DNA of 63,691 nt, the filler included, from Octopus bimaculoides (Eukaryota), in the NCBI RefSeq assembly GCF_001194135.2. It is 5 parts of 4 records of this genome, joined end to end, with 100 filler letters (N's around TTAATTAATTAA, not from the genome) between each part and the next. Parts side by side here need not be neighbours in the genome. Positions count along the whole stretch, not along the records: positions 19,776 to 34,923 come from NC_068991.1; positions 35,024 to 54,162 come from NC_068992.1; 3 more parts are not named here. One strand, written 5' to 3'. Each line of letters opens with the position of its first letter. Positions within the stretch are counted from its first letter, which is position 1. The notes beneath the pieces were generated by a model, which was not told where the DNA came from, searched no databases, and saw only the letters and a program-made list of their open reading frames with translations. Shown here one piece after another: positions 25,418 to 37,019 of this stretch. The translations under genes and the position numbers were made by a program.

Positions 25418-25713
25418 CCTTTTTATTATTGTATAGAGCAGTATTTTAACAGTATTATTATATAGAGCCGTATTTGAACATCAGGTTATATAAGATAGAT
25501 ATATACAGCTATATTGTAAAAATATATTGATAGATATATACAGATTGATATTTACAGCTATATTGTAAAAATATATTGATAAATAAATATATAAGTTATA
25601 TACAGCTATATTGTAAAAAACCTGTAAAAATCAAATGACACACGCCAATCAATTAAACACACCAAATTAAGAAGTAAATTACACAGGCTTATTATAAAGT
25701 ATTTATTTAGCAA

Positions 25714-25922
25714 GGCGGCGAGCTGGGAGAAACGTTAGCACGCCGGGCGAAATGCTTAGCATTATTTCGTCTGCCTCTACGTTCTGAATTCAAATTCCGC
25801 CGAGGTCGACTTTGCCTTTCAACCTTTCGGGGTCAATAAATTATGTACCAGTTAAGCACTGGGGTCGATGAAATCGACTTAATACTTTTGTCTGTCCTTG
25901 TTTGTCTCCTCTATGTTTAGCC
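25714..25922 (+). mobile_element. SINE family A, alternative 3' tail
   Basis: Family A head and body, then a TTTGTCTGTCCTTGTTTGT-type tail. Confidence 0.8.
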
Positions 25923-26192
25923 CCTGAAATAAGAAAGTATATATATTCAGCAAGTGTAAAAAGATATGAATACGCACTCCGTATATTAAAAACATTATTG
26001 GTTTCTTTTATTCATTTCAACTGACTTTGACTTCTCATCATTAGTTAGCGGTCGGTGCTATTAAGTAAATTTCAGTTCCTGTACTACATTTTACTTTTCT
26101 CTTTTCTTCCTTACTTACACGAATGTGCATGTGTGTGTGTGTATATATGTATGTATGTGTGTGTGTATGTATGTATGTATGTATGTATGTGT

Positions 26193-26575
26193 GGAGGCGC
26201 AATGGCCCAGTGGTTAGGGCAGCGGACTCGCGGTCATAGGATCGCGGTTTCGATTTCCAGACCGGGCGTTGTGAGTGTTTATTGAGCGAAAACACCTAAA
26301 ACTCCACGAGGCTCCGGCAGGGGATGGTGGCGAACCCTGCTGTACTCTTCCACCACAACTTTCTCTCACTCTTTCTTCCTGTTTCTGTTGTGCCTGTAAT
26401 TCGAAGGGTCAGCCTTGTCACACTGTGTCACGCTGAATATCCCCGAGAACTACGTTAAGGGTACACGTGTCTGTGGAGTGCTCAGCCACTTGCACGTTAA
26501 TTTCACGAGCAGGCTGTTCCGATGATCGGATCGACTGGAACCCTCGATGTCGTAAGCGACGGAATGCCAACAACA
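26193..26575 (+). mobile_element. SINE family B in CYP intron 1
   Basis: Full length, embedded in (TATG)n. Confidence 0.88.
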
Positions 26576-26849
26576 AATGTATGTATGTATGTATGTATGT
26601 ATGTATGTATGTATGTGTGTGTGTGTATAATTTATCTTTAAGTTTTATTTCTTCTTGAGATGAAACTTTTTAAGTTGAGTTCCCGGTTTTTGCAAAGATG
26701 TGGTTGAGTTGGTGTGTTGGTTGAACTTTGGATGCATACGCCCATATGTGGGTATTTATTCACATAAGAATCTTAGATGGAGAACTTTTGGTGTATCTTA
26801 CAAATCTGCACTCTGCCACAAATAAATTGGATTTAGAAAATTCGCGTCA

Positions 26850-27600
26850 GTTTCAATTGCTCTCTGTGAAACTGAATATTTCTAGGTTTTCGTGCAAATT
26901 TGTTAGTACATAACCAAATTCATTTATGATGATTGATAAAAATGAGAATTCATAGTCAGAGTACAAGAGCTGTAAGTTCTGCATTAATTCGCCATGAATG
27001 TTCCTTTTTTCCTGGACTTTTCATTCTACATTCACATCTGCTGGGCAGCTAATCTCTACAACAGTGCATGACTTTTGTTCCCTGTCCCACAGAAAATTAT
27101 CAGGTCTGTTATGTTCGCACCGAACTGATGTTTTTACTAAGATGTTCCACCAGTATTCCTTCTTTTAAAAGACGTGAATACCTGCTGGTTCTGACATTCT
27201 TTTGATGTATACGCCAGGGCAGTCCTTGCAGATAGCATTGTAAATTTTTTTTTCACAGGGGCAGGTAGTAACTCGTAGATATTTTGGGCAGCTGCTGAAA
27301 ATATGGGCGATATTTTCTATACTAGTATAGCAAAGCCAACATTTTTATCACAACTTGGAGGTTTGGTGGTATGTTCGTCCCACTTTTTTATCTAGTGGTC
27401 ATCTCCTGTTCCTGGATAGGAAAGGCATACCCTTCTATGTATGATATAATATATCTGTCGCAGGTCCAGGAAAGGCTACTATTCCTGTAAATGTTGTTGT
27501 TGCTTCGTAGCTTACGGTATATGTACCATGCATCCTTTTGCTAGTATGATGCCTGCTTCTACTCCAAGCTTTTGTCCAGGTAGGCCAGCCCAGGTTTCAG
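26850..27600 (-). mobile_element. REL-class non-LTR retrotransposon C-terminus (CCHC knuckle plus PD-D/E endonuclease) in CYP intron 1
   Basis: KCWLCYTSIENIAHIFSSCPK; EYWWNILVKTSVRCEHNRPDNFLWDREQKSCTVVEISCPADVNV; internal stops. Confidence 0.8.
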
Positions 27601-28254
27601 TGAGTCGAATGAGACATTTTTATTCTCTGAGTACCTATACAGTAGTTCTTCTCCAACTCTGAAAGTGTTGTTTCTCTCACTTTTGAATAAGCATGGAATA
27701 TATTCGATTCTTTCTTTACTGTTCAGCAGATGTTGTCTGAGTTCAAGAGGTGTTTACAATGAACTGAATTCGTATACGGAGCTGTACAAAGAAATGATGC
27801 GTCATAAACAACAAACAACTTTGGATAAGATTTTCACCTCTAAAGCTTATGTTCGTCATAATGAACTATAAGCTACGAAATATTGTCCCTCACCCTCCTA
27901 GTAACGCTCATTCCATCTCCACCCCACACAACATCTTTTGTAGTAAGAGCGTACTCTTACTACATTATGATTTTTATGAATTCCCTTATTTCTCTTGGAA
28001 TGTTTTTTTTTTTATGTATCAATATTATACATTGTGTTCAGAAATAATTATTTTCGTGTACAAATGCGATCGCGTTGCCTGTTCTCTGTTTTCAAATTAT
28101 TAATGAAATTGCGTAGGAACGCAGTCGCACTTGATTGCATGAGAATCAATAGGAAAATTAGTTTTGTACTACAGAATTTTGCATTAGTCACATTTTCAGG
28201 AACGCATTACTCTCGATGAGGAGCAAATGAAGACATTTATTAGAAGAAACTTAC

Positions 28255-28624
28255 CTTTTCTTTGGAAAACTTTATCAAAAATGTAAACCCAATTGCATAT
28301 TCCTTTCAGTTGATCTCCTTTCTGTACTAATCCTTCCAAAATCATTTCAGTTTTACATACAAACACGAAGGTATCAGAACCAACCTTGAGTCTAAAAATA
28401 TCTCCATATTGTTTTCGAAGATCTTCTATCTTTAAATAAAGATCAGTGCTGTAAATCATCTGAGGTAGATTTCCAATTATTGGAAAAGCTATTGGACCCG
28501 GAGGTAAATCGTAGTTATATTTTGACCGTGCCACAAGCCATTGTATGATCAGTAAAATAACCAATCCCAATAATAAAGTTTGGATATTAACATTTTCTGT
28601 AAAATATAATGCTGATATATCCAT
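28255..28624 (-). CDS. Cytochrome P450, clan 2 (CYP2-like), coding exon 1
   Basis: ATG at 28624. MDISALYFTENVNIQTLLLGLVILLIIQWLV (membrane anchor), PPGP hinge, PIIGNLPQ, KQYGDIFRLKVG. Ends AAAG|GTAAGT donor (phase 1). Confidence 0.92.
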
Positions 28625-28711
28625 AATATCCGTTACTGTTGCAATAGTATGTTCGTATTTAAAAGTGACTACGTTTTTCTCAAGCAAATGTCGTTGACTC
28701 CCAATTTGTAA

Positions 28712-28775
28712 TTTTATACCTGTTTTGAAGAGGTTATCATTTGTTGCGCACACGTTCTGGCATGTCTGTCATTGG
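28712..28775 (-). promoter_or_regulatory. Candidate core promoter of the CYP2-like gene (CCAAT plus TATAAAA)
   Basis: Minus-strand CCAAT at 28775-28771 and TATAAAA at 28718-28712, about 53 nt apart and about 90 nt upstream of the ATG. Motif match only. Confidence 0.4.
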
Positions 28776-28879
28776 TGTGATGTTAACTTAAAATGCATGA
28801 GTTCTTACTAAATAATGTTTTCTGATAACAGCCTATTCCCTTTATTTAACAAGGTCAGAACAAGATTACTGCTTTATAG

Positions 28880-28946
28880 TACCACACCACACCATACCAC
28901 ACCACACCACACCACACCACACCACACCACATCGAACCACACCACA
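28880..28946. repeat. (ACCAC)n pentanucleotide repeat upstream of the CYP ATG
   Basis: Read directly. Confidence 0.9.
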
Positions 28947-29599
28947 TTGCCCGCGAGCGACTGAGTGATGTGGCCTCACGTGGGGAACTGGCTGATTTTA
29001 TATATATATATATATATCCACTTCTTCCTCTTTTTTATGTCTTCGTTTCTCTCTTCGCGTCGTTCTCTGACCGGGTGAAACCGGGTTTAGCTGCTAGTAT
29101 ATATATATNNNNNNNNNNNNNNNNNNNNNNNNNNNNNNNNNNNNNNNNNNNNNNNNNNNNNNNNNNNNNNNNNNNNNNNNNNNNNNNNNNNNNNNNNNNN
29201 NNNNNNNNNNNNNNNNNNNNNNNNNNNNNNNNNNNNNNNNNNNNNNNNNNNNNNNNNNNNNNNNNNNNNNNNNNNNNNNNNNNNNNNNNNNNNNNNNNNN
29301 NNNNNNNNNNNNNNNNNNNNNNNNNNNNNNNNNNNNNNNNNNNNNNNNNNNNNNNNNNNNNNNNNNNNNNNNNNNNNNNNNNNNNNNNNNNNNNNNNNNN
29401 NNNNNNNNNNNNNNNNNNNNNNNNNNNNNNNNNNNNNNNNNNNNNNNNNNNNNNNNNNNNNNNNNNNNNNNNNNNNNNNNNNNNNNNNNNNNNNNNNNNN
29501 NNNNNNNNNNNNNNNNNNNNNNNNNNNNNNNNNNNNNNNNNNNNNNNNNNNNNNNNNNNNNNNNNNNNNNNNNNNNNNNNNNNNTCCCCCTCTCTAGAA

Positions 29600-29840
29600 T
29601 AATAAAACTTCCTTCCTCCACTTCCCCCGTCAAACCCCCCTCTCTGGAATGCTGAACATTCATTCCTCCCCTTCTTCCACTTCCCCCTCAAATCCCCCTT
29701 TCTGAAATGTTGAACATTCTCTCTTACATTTCCTCCCCTTCCTCCTCAAATATCACTTTCTGGAATGTTGAACATTCCTTCCTCCCCTTCCGATTCTTCC
29801 CCCTCAAATTCCCCTCTCTGGAATGTTGAACATTCCTTCC
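29600..29840. repeat. 58-bp tandem repeat, four units, each with GGAATGTT-G-AACATTCC palindrome
   Basis: Palindrome starts at 29646, 29704, 29762, 29820; units 3 and 4 are perfect. Confidence 0.85.
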
Positions 29841-30230
29841 AAAATTCTGACGACTTTTTTCTCATATATATATATATAACTTTGCAAGTAACTTTGCATG
29901 ACAAAGACCCTTTGACAAAGGAGGAGGCATTGGGGGAGGTGATTTTGTGTCAGATGATGAACAGTTAGAGTGTGACAGAGAGATAGATATATGTATCTTG
30001 GTGTAGAGGAAGCAGAAGGTTACTCAGCCAAAGAGAAGGGGAAGAGAAAGAGAGAGAGAGAGGGAGGGAGAAAAAAAAAGAGAGAGAGAAAGAGAGTCAG
30101 AGATAGAAAGAGAGAGGCAGAGAGGGAGAGAAAGAAAGAAAGGGAGAGAGAGAGCGAGGTGTAAAGAGAGTTAACCAGAGAGATGTGCAGCTGAAAGGAA
30201 ATACATGGTTACCTAGCTGGAGGGAAGAGC

Positions 30231-30273
<43 letters not shown>

Positions 30274-31296
30274 AGTGATCAAAAATAAGGGCAGAAACGG
30301 GCAGTGAGTAAGAGCATCTACAAAATTGAAACTGCAAGTTCAGCTACCAGATGAACAAAGAATATTGCTTAGAAATAATAAGGTTATATATGGCTATCAG
30401 TGAACAAGACATAAGAACAACATTGACAGAATTGACATGAGAAGCAAAGACTCAGAAACATGTCTCTGGATGCAGGCTCAGCTGGGTGGAGGTGCTTGTC
30501 GCCCCCTTGTAAACATAAGGACAAAGGAAATGTGTCAAGGCCAACAGGAAGCGGTGCAGCTTCCTAGGTCTGATCAACAATAGTATTATTCCTTTCAAGG
30601 GACTGTCACATTAAGTTGACAGCGTACAACTACTTCATCGTATCACTACGGCATAAATCTCTCTGAGACATTTAGAAATGTATTGTTTCTAAAATTGACA
30701 GAATTCTTTTCATTGTGCATAATGATGATTTTGCAAAAACATTACTTTATACTGAGATACTCAAGTATTTCACTTGGAGCAGTAATAACAAAGAATAGCA
30801 AAGAAGAAAGCAAGGAAGATTGTAAAGGCTATTTGAATATTTTTAAAGAAGAAAGATTCGGTCATGTTTATGTTGTTACACCAAAGGCAGGAGAACTGTT
30901 ATTCAAGAATTTTATTGCATGAAGTTCTGAGTTTATTCCATGAAGTTCTGAGTCCAAATCACATTTTTTCCTTTGCCATTATGCATCGGCATTTTCAACT
31001 AGAAGTGGTTTTGACCCAATGGGTCACAGGTACACCTAGTGTATATATACATATATGTGAGTGGTTTCGTGTGTGTGTGTGTGTGTGTGTGTTGTGTGTG
31101 TATGTGTGTGTGAATTTGTGTGTGTGTGTCTCTGTGTTGGTGTCTATCTCTGTAACTACCATATTAGCAGAAGACTCAGAAAAGTGTAGAAGTAGTCACT
31201 GCAGGTGTGACAAATATATGCAGAACTGAGGCAAAACAGTTCTCCACACATACATACATGTTGTATAAATACATTTAGCACAACGCTAACTTGATA

Positions 31297-31510
31297 TTCT
31301 TTTCTACTCTTGGCACAAGGTCCGAAATTTTGGGGGGAGGTGGTCAGTCGATTAGATAGACTCCAGTATGCAACTGGTACTTAATTTATTGACACCAAAA
31401 GGATGAAAGGCAAAGTTAACCTCAGTGGAATTTGAACACAGAATGTAAAGACAGACAAAATACTATGAAGCATTTCGCCTGGCATGCTAACGATTCAGCC
31501 AGCTCACCAC
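31297..31510 (-). mobile_element. SINE family A, diverged
   Basis: Similarity to the other family A copies. Confidence 0.8.
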
Positions 31511-31609
31511 TTTTACTGTGACCTGATATTGAATAGCTACTGTAACCTGTAACTAACTTATGGCTGTATTTGTCACAGTGGTAGGGATGGTGGTAATGGT
31601 GGTGGTGTC

Positions 31610-31676
<67 letters not shown>

Positions 31677-32730
31677 ATTAATATCCACCTATTCCGTTTT
31701 ATATTCTGACAATTGAAATGTTAAGAAATATTATATTGAATAAGAATATTTTGATGAGGTCAGTCAGTTTTAATAATCCTTTATACAATAGGCACAAGGC
31801 CTGAAACTTTGGTGGGAGGGGCCTAGTCGATTACAATGACACCAATATTCAACTGGTACTTATTTTATTGACTCCANNNNNNNNNNNNNNNNNNNNNNNN
31901 NNNNNNNNNNNNNNNNNNNNNNNNNNNNNNNNNNNNNNNNNNNNNNNNNNNNNNNNNNNNNNNNNNNNNNNNNNNNNNNNNNNNNNNNNNNNNNNNNNNN
32001 NNNNNNNNNNNNNNNNNNNNNNNNNNNNNNNNNNNNNNNNNNNNNNNNNNNNNNNNNNNNNNNNNNNNNNNNNNNNNNNNNNNNNNNNNNNNNNNNNNNN
32101 NNNNNNNNNNNNNNNNNNNNNNNNNNNNNNNNNNNNNNNNNNNNNNNNNNNNNNNNNNNNNNNNNNNNNNNNNNNNNNNNNNNNNNNNNNNNNNNNNNNN
32201 NNNNNNNNNNNNNNNNNNNNNNNNNNNNNNNNNNNNNNNNNNNNNNNNNNNNNNNNNNNNNNNNNNNNNNNNNNNNNNNNNNNNNNNNNNNNNNNNNNNN
32301 NNNNNNNNNNNNNNNNNNNNNNNNNNNNNNNNNNNNNNNNNNNNNNNNNNNNNNNNNNNNNNNNNNNNNNNNNNNNNNNNNNNNNNNNNNNNNNNNNNNN
32401 NNNNNNNNNNNNNNNNNNNNNNNNNNNNNNNNNNNNNNNNNNNNNNNNNNNNNNNNNNNNNNNNNNNNNNNNNNNNNNNNNNNNNNNNNNNNNNNNNNNN
32501 NNNNNNNNNNNNNNNNNNNNNNNNNNNNNNNNNNNNNNNNNNNNNNNNNNNNNNNNNNNNNNNNNNNNNNNNNNNNNNNNNNNNNNNNNNNNNNNNNNNN
32601 NNNNNNNNNNNNNNNNNNNNNNNNNNNNNNNNNNNNNNNNNNNNNNNNNNNNNNNNNNNNNNNNNNNNNNNNNNNNNNNNNNNNNNNNNNNNNNNNNNNN
32701 NNNNNNNNNNNNNNNNNNNNNNNNNNNNNN

Positions 32731-33739
32731 GTTTTATTAGGATGTTTGATGCTAATTGCTTTGAATCCGGTCGTTTCCAAATGACATCATACTTTATTTC
32801 TTTAAAAGCCTTCTCCATTTTCTCTATATGCTCTTTTGGTAACTCACTTATGTAACCTCCAAAGCTAACTACGATGACTCCTTGCTTAGACTTTTCAACA
32901 AACTCATGTATGTCACCTTGTAGAGGCAATGCAGGATGAGTTGCTACTCCACCAATAAATACTTCAGTAGGTAGACTGGGTTTTGGATAGCTCAGTAACA
33001 GATCACTTTCAGTTAAAAATAACTGAGCTTTTCGCAAGATGCTTTCAAATGGCATATCATCTTTGTCTGGGGCATATTCCTTGACACTTTTTGATGGTGA
33101 AATCATGGGGAAAAAGATATAAAAGCCGTATGTTGAAATAGTGTTTTTAAGCTTTTGGAAAAATGTCATTTTATCAGAATGTGGAAAACTGAGAAGTGGA
33201 AACACAGCTGGATTCCAAGGAACTCTCCTCAAAGAAGGTGGTCCAAGAGTCAGACCTTGAAATAGAAATGGAATTGATAGCCTATATGGGACAATAGCTA
33301 AACACTGACTGAAGAAAGCAGAATCTACAATTGCCAAAGAGGCATTCAGTTCTTTTATAGCATGAAACCAATCATTATCTAAGAGGAAGTTGTCACACAT
33401 ATTTTGTATTAGCTGTTTTATTTGAAGCCAACTTCCTTCTTTTTTTCTTGAAAAGTATTGCATAGATATTTCAACAAATCTGCTTACATTTTGGTCTTCT
33501 TTAATAGGAATGAATTTAATACCATTTTCATTCTTGAAATGAGTTATCAGTTTAGGCGGCAATGAGAAGTAACTAGTGTGGCCATATGAGTTCAATTTCA
33601 TCGCTGTATAAAAGTGGTTTTGAACATGACTGAACCAGGGCATTGAAAGGAAAAGTATATTATCAGCTTTGCTTGGTTGGTTTATTGATAATAGACTTAA
33701 ATAGAAGAAGCTGAGTTTGAATGTTCTCATTATGTTCAT
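32731..33739 (-). CDS. UDP-glucuronosyltransferase (GT1, membrane-type UGT), N-terminal ~336 aa; C-terminus runs into an N gap
   Basis: Stop-free ORF from ATG 33739 with a signal-peptide-like start (MNIMRTFKLSFFYLSLLSINQPSKA), then SH, AIVDSAF, NPAVFP, DKMTFFQKLKN, YPKPSLPTEVFIGG, GVIVVSFG, VIWK. TTTAG acceptor immediately before 33763. The 854-nt gap is large enough to hold the missing WxPQ/TM part. Confidence 0.93.
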
Positions 33740-34059
33740 CTTTCTCACTGGATATTCTGTGACCTAAACAAAGAAATGAGTATCATGTTATATTTTGAAG
33801 GACTATTATGTCCATAGCTGTACAAAAAGCAAAATGCTCATCATCCGAGCTATAAAAAACTATATATAAAAGAAAGTCACAGTTCAAAACAGATGTAATA
33901 TCAAGAGATCAAAGTTATATCCATTAAAAGGAAATTGGTTTATAAAAAATGCAGCCAACAAGGAAATAATACTGTAAGAAGTACAAACCACCAAAATCTA
34001 TAAACTACAAGCAAGACATTACATATACTTCTTCTGTAACATTTAAAGATGAAACAGAA

Positions 34060-34210
34060 TGTCTCTATCATGCAAATTTGAATTTTAAGAGAGAATGTTA
34101 CTGATATAAATATAAACTGGGCATTAATAGACGACGTTAGCCCTTTCATAAATGGTTCCAAGATATGCTCCTTGTGTACCGCAGAAAAATATTACAAAAT
34201 TATGTTTCAT
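34060..34210 (+). mobile_element. Penelope-like GIY-YIG C-terminal relic
   Basis: INWALIDDVSPFINGSKICSLCTAEKYYKI. Confidence 0.6.
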
Positions 34211-34606
34211 CTCCATTTTGGATAGGAATATTCCTGATCAAAATAGAGACAAGTACCAACATTTTCACATGGCAAGCTTGAACAACTGTGAAGATCTCTT
34301 CATATGAAAACATTGGCAGCCCTGTTAGCCCACAAGTAAAGAAATTTATCCACCAATGCAGTGTTGATTACTCATTCTCACTGTTTGATATTAACACACA
34401 CACATGTTTAGATATATATCCTCATCATCATCATTCAATGTCCATTTTCCATGCTGGCATGAGTTGGATGCCAACCATTCCGAGAGTGTAGTGGCTGCCA
34501 TTGACCTGATACTGGCATTGTCCACAACCACGGTCTCACTTGGCTTGATAGGTGTACACAAGTAGAGTGTATTGTCAAAGGTCTTGGTAACCTGTTGCTG
34601 CTTCCA

Positions 34607-34923
34607 TGTGGGTGTTTAGTAGGGTAGTCTATCGCAACTTTAATACTCTGGTGGATGGAGTTAGCTATTTGCTGGATGCTCTCCATAGTCTTAGTTTCTA
34701 TTTCTATTTCAGGGGTACTCTCTTGTGGGGGTGTCTTTACCACTAAGTTGATATCATCGACATATCGAGAGTACACATTCACGAGTATGGAGTTCTGTGT
34801 CAGGCGTTCCTTAAGCCTTCTGTCCCACCATACCATGAAGAGATTGGCCACATCACCGGCGATACTAACACCGATGGCTGCCCCCTCGTCCTGGGCGTAT
34901 AATTTGTTGTTAAATTTAAAGGT
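34607..34923 (-). mobile_element. Penelope-like reverse transcriptase fragment
   Basis: Open frame FKFNNKLYAQDEGAAIGVSIAGDVANLFMVWWD...YSRYVDDINLV...ANSIHQSIKVAIDYP. Confidence 0.85.
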
Positions 34924-35749
34924 NNNNNNNNNNNNNNNNNNNNNNNNNNNNNNNNNNNNNNNNNNNNTTAATTAATTAANNNNNNNNNNNNNNNNNNNNN
35001 NNNNNNNNNNNNNNNNNNNNNNNTATATATATAATTATATAGATATATGTATGTGTGTGTATTTGTGTATGTGCGTATACACATACATAAACATACATAC
35101 ACACACATGTGTGTGTGTGTGTGCGCGTGTGTGTGTATTACTGAGTAGTTCTTTCTCTAATAGCGTCAAGATAAGAGAGAAGAAAGTCTGTTAGTCAAAT
35201 GGAATGAAGAAGAGGGAGACGGGGATGGAGAGGGGAGAGAAGAAGAGAGAGATGGCGAATGAGTGGGAAACGGGGAGGGGGAAGAAAACGGGGAGAAAGA
35301 AAGGACGAAAGATGGAGAGAGGGAGAGAAGGAGAGATATGGAGGAGGATGAAGAACAAAAGAGAAGGAAAAAAATGGGGAAATATATCGCGATAATGAGA
35401 GAAAGAGAAAGTAACAAAAGGGGGAGCAAGCGAGCGCGCAAGCAAGTGCGCGTGCGCGCTCGCGAGAGAGAGAGAGAGAAAGGAAGGTGTGAATGTAAAT
35501 TCAGGTTCATAGTTCTGATAAGACAAAGATACAGCAAACAAGAACTACAACTGCAGCAACAACAACGACGGGGATAACAAACAATAAAGAGATCACCAAC
35601 ACTGGTGTGGGGTGGGGTGGGGAATACACGTGGTTGTTAAAACAGTGTGAAAACTAAACAGACTATTCAGTTTTGGACACCAGAGCTGTAGGAGTTTGTT
35701 GTGAGCATAACAGTCGGATAAAGCGATTTGGTTGTGATTACATACATAC

Positions 35750-35780
<31 letters not shown>

Positions 35781-36263
35781 TGTATGTATGTATGTATACA
35801 AATATATATATATGTATGTATGTATGTATGTATACAAATATATGTATGNNNNNNNNNNNNNNNNNNNNNNNNNNNNNNNNNNNNNNNNNNNNNNNNNNNN
35901 NNNNNNNNNNNNNNNNNNNNNNNNNNNNNNNNNNNNNNNNNNNNNNNNNNNNNNNNNNNNNNNNNNNNNNNNNNNNNNNNNNNNNNNNNNNNNNNNNNNN
36001 NNNNNNNNNNNNNNNNNNNNNNNNNNNNNNNNNNNNNNNNNNNNNNNNNNNNNNNNNNNNNNNNNNNNNNNNNNNNNNNNNNNNNNNNNNNNNNNNNNNN
36101 NNNNNNNNNNNNNNNNNNNNNNNNNNNNNNNNNNNNNNNNNNNNNNNNNNNNNNNNNNNNNNNNNNNNNNNNNNNNNNNNNNNNNNNNNNNNNNNNNNNN
36201 NNNNNNNNNNNNNNNNNNNNNNNNNNNNNNNNNNNNNNNNNNNNNNNNNNNNNNNNNNNNNNN

Positions 36264-36316
<53 letters not shown>

Positions 36317-36789
36317 GTTTCTATGTGAGCGTATGTGTGTATGTGGAGAGAGAGAGTGAAAGCGTACACATACATCTTAGTAAATGGTCCATCTGTTTTG
36401 TCGATGAACGTACTCATGTCCAGTCAACCAAATATCGTACTCATCGAATTAGCGTTTAAATGGCTGATCATCCCACAGGCATATGTACCTTAACATAATT
36501 GTGCAGGGGAAACCGTGCGTCACTCTGCGGTAGTTGTACCTTTAAAATTAAAACCAATATACATTTATTTCGACGGGCTTCCACTCAGTTTCCGTCAAGC
36601 TAAATTTTGGTCACAAGGTTTGGGGAAAACCGAGGTTATGGGAAAAGGCATTGGCTCAAGATACCACGCAGTGAATCCAAACTTGGGACATCATGATTGC
36701 GATGCGATTTCTTAGCTTTTGTTCCATGCGGCGTCCAACCAGATATGTATTCTTATGTCCTTCTTATATAATACTAACACATGGGTGTT

Positions 36790-37019
36790 ATTTCTTTACT
36801 ACCCACAAGGGGCTACACACAGAGGGGACAAACAAGGACAGACAAACGGATTAAGTCGATTATATCGACCCCAGTGCGTAAATGGTACTTATTTAATCGA
36901 CCCGGAAAGGATGAAAGGCAAAGTCGACCTCGGCGGAATTTGAACTCAGAACGTAACAGCAGACGAAATACCGCTAAGTATTTCGCCCGGCGTGCTAACG
37001 TTTCTGCCAGCTCGCCGCC
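36790..37019 (-). mobile_element. SINE family A
   Basis: Near-identical to the 41152-41382 copy. Confidence 0.85.

Noticed and set aside
27620-27850. Possible pogo/Tigger transposase tail (YTELYKEMMRHKQQTTLDKIF)
   Set aside because: Too short and without termini to support as a feature.
28625-28753. 43-aa N-terminal extension of the P450 in the ORF track
   Set aside because: Starts at GTG, contains the TATA-like box, and would precede the membrane anchor; ATG 28624 is the better start.
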